Source: a virus
Lineage: Duplodnaviria > Caudoviricetes
Reading direction: 5' to 3' (one strand)
DNA length: 58,277 nt
Virus record (IMG/VR): IMGVR_UViG_3300028829_004880
Coordinates: 1-58,277 of that record
The number at the start of each line of letters is the position of its first letter. Positions within the stretch are counted from its first letter, which is position 1. A program made the position numbers and the translations under genes. This document shows, in pieces, positions 50,808 to 58,277 of this stretch. The notes below the pieces were generated by a model. The model made no database searches. It was not told where the DNA came from and worked only from the letters and a program-made list of their open reading frames with translations.

Positions 50808-51446
50808 CTACTTTTTTTCTAAACTTGCAATAATTTCTTTATTACACCCAATACAGATTATAAACTTCTCATTATCCAATACCATTACATTGGGCTTAGG
50901 GTATTCACAATTACAAAAATCAGTCTCATTAATGGTTGTTGGTTCGTGATTCATTAGAATACTTCCAATCCTTTTAACCTTACCCTTAAACTCATCTAGA
51001 GTTCCATTGTTCTCAATAATTATATCAGCACAACTCATATCAATGTTGAAGGAGGTGGATGGTTCGAGTGGAAGTCTTCCAGATGCGTCAACCCAAATAA
51101 TTAGGTCGAATAGTCCTTGATTCATACATTCAGTAATCTCCCCATGGTCTCTCATACCAACATAACAATCCGCACGTTCAAGAATCCCCTTAGCTAGTCT
51201 TGCTCGGTCATCCTTGTTATAATCAAGGATTAACTCATACCATTCTTGCCTATGACCCTCTCGGTCTTCGAAACACTCTGCTGGTGTTGAATAGTTGTAC
51301 TTGTCTTTAAGTGTATCGTAAATGAATATGTCAGCAGCTGCTTGTGATGATGATTGGAATTTAAGCCCGTAATATTCACCCATCAATTCTGCGAACGTAT
51401 CCTTACCATGTCGCATATTCCCTAGTATCAAAAATTTTCTATTCAT
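50808..51446 (-). CDS. deoxynucleotide monophosphate kinase-like protein
   Basis: GNMRHGKDT P-loop, DIIIENNGT. Confidence 0.65.
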   Translation of the reverse strand: MNRKFLILGNMRHGKDTFAELMGEYYGLKFQSSSQAAADIFIYDTLKDKYNYSTPAECFEDREGHRQEWYELILDYNKDDRARLAKGILERADCYVGMRDHGEITECMNQGLFDLIIWVDASGRLPLEPSTSFNIDMSCADIIIENNGTLDEFKGKVKRIGSILMNHEPTTINETDFCNCEYPKPNVMVLDNEKFIICIGCNKEIIASLEKK

Positions 51447-51690
51447 GATGCAAATATACTAAAAAATATAATACGGTGCAAAACTAAGAACGCCAACCGT
51501 CAAGGGTTAGCGTTTAAGTATCTCTATCACCCTAATCGGGCAACGAGTGTGTCCTATTTTTATACAAAAAATGGTAAAAAATTGTTGGGTTATGATATCG
51601 TGGACTATCGTTTCAACCACATCTGTCATTTTGATTCATAACCCAGTACCAAAAAAATCTAAGGGGAAGCTTTCGCTTCCCCTCGTTTAG

Positions 51691-51739
51691 TGGAGATGTA
51701 AGATATTGCTCCTTAATCATGCCTAATGCATGCATCTCC
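51691..51739 (-). ncRNA. 49-nt mini-tRNA-like RNA
   Basis: 7-bp acceptor, 5-bp hairpin, T-like arm with AGCAATA loop. Confidence 0.6.
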
Positions 51740-51744
51740 ATTTG

Positions 51745-51817
51745 TAGCGGGAGCCCGACTCGAACGGACGACCTCAAGGTTATGAGCCTTGCGAGCTACC
51801 AACTGCTCCACCCCGCA
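51745..51817 (-). tRNA. tRNA-fMet(CAT)
   Basis: T1:T72 mismatch, GAGC/GCTC D stem, loop CTCATAA. Confidence 0.85.
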
Positions 51818-51822
51818 ATATG

Positions 51823-51872
51823 TGGGAGTAGATAGTATCGCTCTACCAATAAGACTTACATCTTATACTCCC
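51823..51872 (-). ncRNA. 50-nt mini-tRNA-like RNA
   Basis: same fold as 51691-51739, AGCGATA loop. Confidence 0.6.
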
Positions 51873-52074
51873 ATTTGCACTTCCTATCCCTCGGTATCGT
51901 ATAGTGCTAACCGCTAAAGTACCCCACAATAGACTTACACTATTAGCTATCGTTACCATGACGATAGGTGGAGTATGATTCGCTGAAATCATTTAAATAC
52001 TTCAACGTAATGTTGTCAGAAAGGGACTGTTTTTTTTTTTTGAAAAAAGTTAATTGCTGAATCCTTTCTTTTAG

Positions 52075-52179
52075 TGGGGAGACTAGGACTTGAACCTAGA
52101 CTTACCGAAGTCGTACTCGAATATTTCATAAAGAAGGAGGTTCTCTATGAAATAGTATTCTCTCTTATACTATCTCCCC
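52075..52179 (-). ncRNA. tRNA-like RNA with 13-bp anticodon stem and CCTCC loop
   Basis: GGGGAGA/TCTCCCC-A, GTAT/ATAC D stem, CTAGG-TTCAAGT-CCTAG. Confidence 0.7.
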
Positions 52180-52849
52180 AGTTGTTGATTAAGGTCAGAG
52201 GTCACCATTCTAGATGGAGTTCGAACATTGCTGTTACACACTTAGGACCCTTAGACCTTAATCAATTTTTTTAAGTCACAGAATAATGGTTTAGTGTTTT
52301 TTTTACATGGGTCTAGACACCATGGCGGTTTATTTTATGTGGAACCTATACTTAACCACTTCCTTTAGATTTTGTTTTACGGTTTGCCGTAATTATCCTT
52401 TTTGACTATATCTTAATTTTCAATGAACTATTTCGCTTAATAGAATACAAATATACTACATATATACTCACTTGTCAAGTAAAATTTCATTTTTCTTTGA
52501 AATTAATTTACTTTTCCTTGATTTTCAATGATTTATTATCCATTTCACCAACAATAATAAATATACCTTGTTTCTTATTTAGATAATAAACTACATTTAA
52601 TACCTTATAATATTGGTGGGTTTCTTCAATCCAGACAATTTCATCATATCTAGGTATGTGTTTTAATTTTACACCTTGTTTAATTGGTTTCCAATCTTTA
52701 TCAAGAATTGAAATACTCGTACGTTTAAATAAGTTTATCATACCTTAAATATAACATTTTTAATAAATTTGTCAACAATTAGACTTTATTTTCAATTAAA
52801 ATGATATTTATTAGTATAAGATAATAAGTTTAACTAAAAAATATAAATT

Positions 52850-52924
52850 ATGGGATGTGGATGCAAAAAGAAAAATAAGCCGAAGCCGAAACCAGCGGCA
52901 AATACTACTAATACTAGTAAATAA
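52850..52924 (+). CDS. tiny basic peptide MGCGCKKKNKPKPKPAANTTNTSK
   Basis: hand-translated; TATTTAT motif upstream and hairpin terminator downstream. Confidence 0.5.
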   Translation: MGCGCKKKNKPKPKPAANTTNTSK

Positions 52925-52954
52925 CTTTAAAGGGTCTTAATTGACCCTTTTATT

Positions 52955-53248
52955 TTACCCCTCATTTTCTGATTCAGATTTATTTCCTCGAACTACTTTC
53001 ACTACTTCTAAGAACTTACCACCAAATACATAACCACCGAATAATGTCATTGCATATTCTAATGCATCAACAATCATCTTAAAGTTTTCCATTTCTATTT
53101 CATCCTTTCTAATACCAGAGAAAGTAAGTATACCTAATGTAATATAATATGCTACCACAGACCAAAGAAGATAAACTCTACCTTGAGAATACTTTCCATT
53201 TTGTTTTAGAATATCTGTGAATAATTTAAATCTTTTTTTCTTTGACAT
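52955..53248 (-). CDS. small two-TM membrane protein (holin-like)
   Basis: GKYSQGR then two TM helices. Confidence 0.4.
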   Translation of the reverse strand: MSKKKRFKLFTDILKQNGKYSQGRVYLLWSVVAYYITLGILTFSGIRKDEIEMENFKMIVDALEYAMTLFGGYVFGGKFLEVVKVVRGNKSESENEG

Positions 53249-53370
53249 AACGTTGTTTTTATGATAAATACCTTCGTAAACGTAAAAGTATAAAAACAAC
53301 GAAGCCCCGCATTCTTGTCAATACGAGGCTTAATATTTCACTCCCAACTTGTGGGTGTGGAGCGTTAGCG

Positions 53371-53739
53371 TGGAGTTGGAGAGATTCGAACTCTCGTCTT
53401 GCTTACACATAAAGTGTTTTCTACATGCTTATCTAGTTTCTAATTCTAGCAAAGTTTACTAGTTCCCGATTTTACAAGTCGGTGTTTCTAATAAAAGTTA
53501 TCTTGGATATATGTTTACTTCGTTTATCATTGAAGTTCGGTACGATACCAGTACCATGTGCTGTTTTAGGCTACAGCCATCTCTCCGTCAAGCACACCTA
53601 TCGATGCGTTGTCAAGGAAATTTTCGGATACAGTTAAGTTTCCAGTTAAATTTGTGTCTCAGTTTTAACAGCTTGTCCACTTCGCTGTGCATGCTTACAA
53701 ATCATGTTTTAATAAACAATCAAATGCCAGTCAACCCCA
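53371..53739 (-). ncRNA. ssrA: tmRNA; tag (A)GNLTVSENFLDNASIGVLDGEMAVA at 53566-53643
   Basis: GGGGTTG/CAACTCC-A with G3:U70, 5' GGCATTTGA, T arm GAGAG-TTCGAAT-CTCTC, resume context TTAACT-GGA. Confidence 0.9.
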
Positions 53740-54503
53740 TAAATTAAAGAACGTGTATCTTTTAAATATGTGCAAATATACTAAAAGTTTTATCTAATGT
53801 CAAGTTTTTTAATAAAAAAAGAGGAAAACTTTCGAATCCCTCTTTTATTGTGTTACTTCTTATTGTTATTTTTATTCTTATTTAATCGGTTAGTAATTGT
53901 TTACCACCCTTGATTATTGTTTTATTTAAGTTTTGTATTTTGGTGTCTAACTTATCACACCTAGAGTCTATGACCCTTCTTGTTTCTAAATCTGTATCAT
54001 TGGTTGTTCGATATAAGTCATCAAACCTCTGATTCATTTCATTTGTTAAGCTATCTAAATCTGTATAATCAACCTTATTCTTCAACTTAAAGAACGCAAC
54101 CACTATAGCCGTAACTATAGCAACAACACCCAATGTTGAAGCGACTGATATCAATATTAATATAATTGTTTCCATATATTTTTATTTTTTTTTATGGAAG
54201 TAACACAATTTTAATAATTATTCTATTCCCAAGTTACAGTTATCACCTCTTTACGAGTTACTTCGTTCCAATCTTCATCATAATGATAATTTTCACTACG
54301 TGTTAACATCCAAAAGAATAGGAAGTACTTCTTATCCGATTCTCTTTGTACAACAACATTATGACATTCCCCATCACAATCTCTACTTGGATAATCCTCA
54401 ACGAAATTATAAGTCTCACCATTTATTTCCCAACTATCTTCACTTGTGAAGTCATCAATTTCTTCTTCACTTACCGTGAATCTTTCTCTTTCTTTTACCA
54501 TAA

Positions 54504-54851
54504 CTAATAATATAATGTAAGTGTATCTTTCTTTTGTTGTTTTGCCAATGCTATTGAATTGTTGGTTCCTCGGCTTTCACCATTCCAACAAGCAACAACT
54601 ATATCAGCATCAGTTATTATTAATTCATTTCTAATGAAACCAGCAGCCTTTCCGTGTAGGTCCCAATCTGGAAGATGAATTATCTTTTTAAGACCTCTCT
54701 CGTCCGCATATCTAGCTCCAAGTGAATCAGCACCTATAGCACCACCACTTACGATGGTGTCAAATCCAGCACCAGCTAAAATTGAATCTAGGGTACGCTC
54801 AAGTCTCTTATAATCATCAAAGGTTCTACCCCCAACAACTGCGACCTTCAT
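54504..54851 (-). CDS. SLOG-family (YspA/DUF2493-like) protein
   Basis: VVGGRTF, VSGGAIGAD, AGFIRN, SRGT. Confidence 0.8.
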   Translation of the reverse strand: MKVAVVGGRTFDDYKRLERTLDSILAGAGFDTIVSGGAIGADSLGARYADERGLKKIIHLPDWDLHGKAAGFIRNELIITDADIVVACWNGESRGTNNSIALAKQQKKDTLTLYY

Positions 54852-55582
54852 TAGATATTCTTTTTAACCTTATTCTTGATAATACCATCGATAATACCAT
54901 ACTTGAGTGCTTCATCAGCATCCAACCAATTATCTCTGTTACAATCAGCAATTACTTTCTTTTTGGTCTTACCAGTATAATCACCAAGCATATCAAATAA
55001 CTTATCATTATACTTAACAGCTTGTTCAAGACTAATCTTCATATCTTCAACATGACCTCGTGCACCAGATGAAACTTGGTGAAGCATCACAACTGAATTT
55101 GGTAAAGAGAAACGTTTCCCCTTCTCACCATTACCTAATAGAATTGAACCCATTGATGCAGCCATACCAAAGTTAATTGTTGAGACATCGGAAGCAATAT
55201 AGTTCATGGTATCTACCATTGATAGTCCAGACTTGACCGACCCACCAGGTGAATCTACATGCATCTTAATATCAGTCTCATCAACATTATCTAAGAACAT
55301 AAGCTGTGCTGAAACAACATTACTCATTTGGTCATTAACTGGTCCAGCAACCCAAAGGATTCTATCCATCATCATTCGTGAAAAGATATCCATTTGAGTC
55401 ATATTCATTTGACGTTCCTCAATAATGTAAGGTGTCATATTTCCTTGAATACCATAATTAGCTTGTGTCATCACATTCGAGTATAACGTCTCTTGTACCT
55501 TCTCCCAATCATGGAATTGGAGACCGCTAATACCCATATGTTTTATTGCGTAGTCTTTAAATTCTGAATAAAAATCTATCAT
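54851..55582 (-). CDS. clpP: ATP-dependent Clp protease proteolytic subunit
   Basis: DIFSR..DRI, SPGGSV, AASMGS, MLHQ, RDNWL. Confidence 0.92.
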   Translation of the reverse strand: MIDFYSEFKDYAIKHMGISGLQFHDWEKVQETLYSNVMTQANYGIQGNMTPYIIEERQMNMTQMDIFSRMMMDRILWVAGPVNDQMSNVVSAQLMFLDNVDETDIKMHVDSPGGSVKSGLSMVDTMNYIASDVSTINFGMAASMGSILLGNGEKGKRFSLPNSVVMLHQVSSGARGHVEDMKISLEQAVKYNDKLFDMLGDYTGKTKKKVIADCNRDNWLDADEALKYGIIDGIIKNKVKKNI

Positions 55583-56078
55583 ATTTTTTTTTCTTTTTTA
55601 AGCCGTAGCTTCTTCCTCCTTAGCTTCTTTTAATGAATTGAAAGCAGCTTTGATTATTGTAAGTGTGTCAAGGTAAAGTTTGTCACCAAATTTACTAATA
55701 ACTCCAGAGTGACCCATAACATCTGGTTTGTTAATCTTAACCGTATCCTTTTCATAGTTGTATTCAACATATGCTAATGCTTCTTCCACAATTATCATTT
55801 GTTGAACCTCGTCAAGCATTTCAAATACCTCTTCATTGATAAAGATTTTAATATCAACACCAGTTCTGTGTTTTTCGTAATCGTTGGTCTTCGCTACCTT
55901 GAAAATTTCCCTAAGTTTGTTGTTAGTGATGATATCAAAAGTTAATACTTTGTCTAACTCTGTAAAATCAATAACTGTTTTGAATACTGATTTTGTACTG
56001 TCAAATGGTTCTTCGAATTTTGCCATAATTTTTCTTTTTTGTTTTAAATATTAGATTACAAATATACACCTAATATGC

Positions 56079-57107
56079 TTACTGTGCAACCTTATTTTGG
56101 ATATCCTGTAATTTTTCTAGCAATTCTTTTTCCTCATCACTCACTTCTGTTGGTACTGAGACACTTAGAATTATTATCATATCACCTCGCTGTCCATTTG
56201 AATGTAAAATATTCATTCCCTTGTTAGGAATTCTAAGATTATCATCAACATTGCTATATGGTGGAATAGTTGCTCGTATCTTACCACCCTCTATGGTTTC
56301 AATCTCAATCTTATCACCTAATACTAATTGTGTATAACTTAATTTTAAATTAACCTTCAAGTCATTACCACTTCTAATAAATGTGTTGTGAGATAATTGT
56401 GTTAATACAACCATTACATCACCATTGTGACCATTAGGTGTTTCATGACCACCACCTTCGGATATTATTTGCATTCCATCCATAACTCCAGATGGTATGT
56501 CAACTTCAAGTGTGTTTGTTTTACTAATCGTTTTAGCACCCTTACAGTTCTTACATATATCTGATATCATCTCACCAGTACCTCTACAGCTTTGACATGT
56601 ACTTTGTTCTTGAAACATTTGGTTACCCATCCTTATGTTTCTAAACATCATTCCAGAACCCTTGCAGACACCACAACCTTTTACGTTATGACCACCCTTA
56701 CCATTACAAGGTTTACAAACAACTTGTTTAGCATACTTTAATGTTTTTTTAGCACCACTAAACATTTCTTCAAGTGACATCTTAAGATTCAATCTAAGAC
56801 TTTCACCCTTCCTAACTTGTTGTCGTTGGTTGCCGAACATCTCACGCATCATATCTTCCATGTCTTGCCTACCCTTAACTCTCTGAGCACCTTGGTGACC
56901 GAATCTATCATAGTTATTCTTCTTATCCTTATCACTTAAGGTTTCGTAGGCTTCTGCGGCTTCTCTGAATACTTCCTCAGCTGCTTTGTCGTCTGGTTTA
57001 ACGTCTGGATGATTCTCCTTAGCTATTGTTCTATAAGCTTTTTTAATTTCCTTTTCTGATGCAGTTTTACTTACACCTAATACTTCATAATAATCTCTTT
57101 TCGCCAT
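56079..57107 (-). CDS. dnaJ: chaperone DnaJ
   Basis: J domain HPD, four CxxCxGxG-type repeats, C-terminal domains. Confidence 0.92.
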   Translation of the reverse strand: MAKRDYYEVLGVSKTASEKEIKKAYRTIAKENHPDVKPDDKAAEEVFREAAEAYETLSDKDKKNNYDRFGHQGAQRVKGRQDMEDMMREMFGNQRQQVRKGESLRLNLKMSLEEMFSGAKKTLKYAKQVVCKPCNGKGGHNVKGCGVCKGSGMMFRNIRMGNQMFQEQSTCQSCRGTGEMISDICKNCKGAKTISKTNTLEVDIPSGVMDGMQIISEGGGHETPNGHNGDVMVVLTQLSHNTFIRSGNDLKVNLKLSYTQLVLGDKIEIETIEGGKIRATIPPYSNVDDNLRIPNKGMNILHSNGQRGDMIIILSVSVPTEVSDEEKELLEKLQDIQNKVAQ

Positions 57108-57161
57108 GCAGTTTATCTTTTTTTTAATTTACGTATATTTAAGGAATAAATAAAGACTAAC

Positions 57162-57824
57162 ATGGTATATAGAGTCATTTTATTGAGAAATGGAGAGTAT
57201 AAGAAGACAATTCATCGTTGTAAGACGAAAGATACCTCTTTTATTAACTATCAATCCATTAAACTGGAGAATGAAAGTGTTATCTTCCCTAGGAAGTATA
57301 TCAATAGCAACGGAATTCGCCCCGTAACGTACAAAATATGCGTTGTAAAGGACTTTGAGGAAGAAGACAAGGAAAGAACACTCCGAGATGATTACGGGCG
57401 TGTATACAAAGAAAAAACCCTATTCGGGATATGGACAGTATTAGCTTCATGTGAATACAACTACGAAGAAACATTCTGGTTGTATGGTCACAACCCAATA
57501 CACGATAGAAAAACCATAGCAGATATAATGAGACCACTAATGAAGGGTGCTCATAGAGCTAAGTATGCAAAGCAAATTATTGTTGTACACAATAAGTTAT
57601 TGATTCACAGTGAGGAAGAGTTTAATATGGTTGTTTGTAAGAATAAGCGTGATGCTCAAAGACTTCACCATGCATTGCATGATGCCGCAAAGAAGAATAG
57701 TGTCAAGAGTCTTATCTTTATGGGTACTGCTAGTCCAGCTACCGTATCAAGGATGTATGATGTAATTCTAGAAAATACGGATTGGTCAATAGAAAAGATT
57801 CGTAGAACTTCTACAAAACCCTAA
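57162..57824 (+). CDS. hypothetical phage protein
   Basis: ORF track. Confidence 0.6.
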   Translation: MVYRVILLRNGEYKKTIHRCKTKDTSFINYQSIKLENESVIFPRKYINSNGIRPVTYKICVVKDFEEEDKERTLRDDYGRVYKEKTLFGIWTVLASCEYNYEETFWLYGHNPIHDRKTIADIMRPLMKGAHRAKYAKQIIVVHNKLLIHSEEEFNMVVCKNKRDAQRLHHALHDAAKKNSVKSLIFMGTASPATVSRMYDVILENTDWSIEKIRRTSTKP

Positions 57825-58277
57825 CTTAAGTCTTGTTCATCTTGAAGATAATTCTCCAAGTTCTTTATAATAATACCAAGTCGCTTGTAATCTTCACTAT
57901 CTTTACCACCAGCACGTAGCTCAAGTAGTAATTCGTCAACTCTATAGAGTAGAGCCAGTAATTGATGTTCCTTCTGATTCTTATCACTCATAATTATCTA
58001 CTATTATACAACCAATTAATTTAGAGTTGAATTCTGTGTTCTCATCGATAGTAAAATCACTTGTAGGTATGAATGTTACGGTAGCCATCTCACCATCAGC
58101 AATACCTACAGTTGTCTTAGGAATCGATTTAACCTTATTCCATGTTGATTGATAGATAAATACTTCATTTAAGTATAGATTTTCATCATACTCAACCATG
58201 TATCGACCAAGTATATCACCATCCTTATAATACTCTAAAGTCTCAAATAACTTTTTTAAGTGTGGGTGTGTTTTTAT

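Noticed and set aside
1-58277. Stop-codon reassignment or suppressor tRNAs
   Set aside because: Genes are intact in the standard code and no CTA, TTA or TCA anticodon was found; the 17195 gene reads CAA once the stem is registered correctly.

Overview
AT-rich, mostly minus-strand segment of what looks like a jumbo phage of a Bacteroidota host (recurrent TAnnTTTG -7 promoter motif, DUF3127, no housekeeping operons). It holds ~40 tRNA or tRNA-like genes, a tmRNA, several unassigned structured RNAs, a translation/RNA-repair toolkit (CCA enzyme, two RNA ligases, kinase-phosphodiesterase, RlaP-like NTase, Pth2-like, ClpP, DnaJ), a PARP, an ART, a SpoT-type HD hydrolase, DNA ligase, homing endonucleases and an ABC/OmpA operon. 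Main finding: each of the three main tRNA arrays is preceded by promoter > short leader ORF > antiterminator/terminator pair, and each leader's codons match the amino acids of the tRNAs downstream (F/D/A/E; L/V/C; I/N/H/M/S/W/R). This points to ribosome-stalling attenuators that switch on a tRNA array when those tRNAs run short. The arrays also hold many non-canonical tRNA architectures (circularly permuted, D-armless, 8/4, mini-tRNAs, one displaying an anti-SD loop). All calls come from reading and folding by eye; no searches were run.
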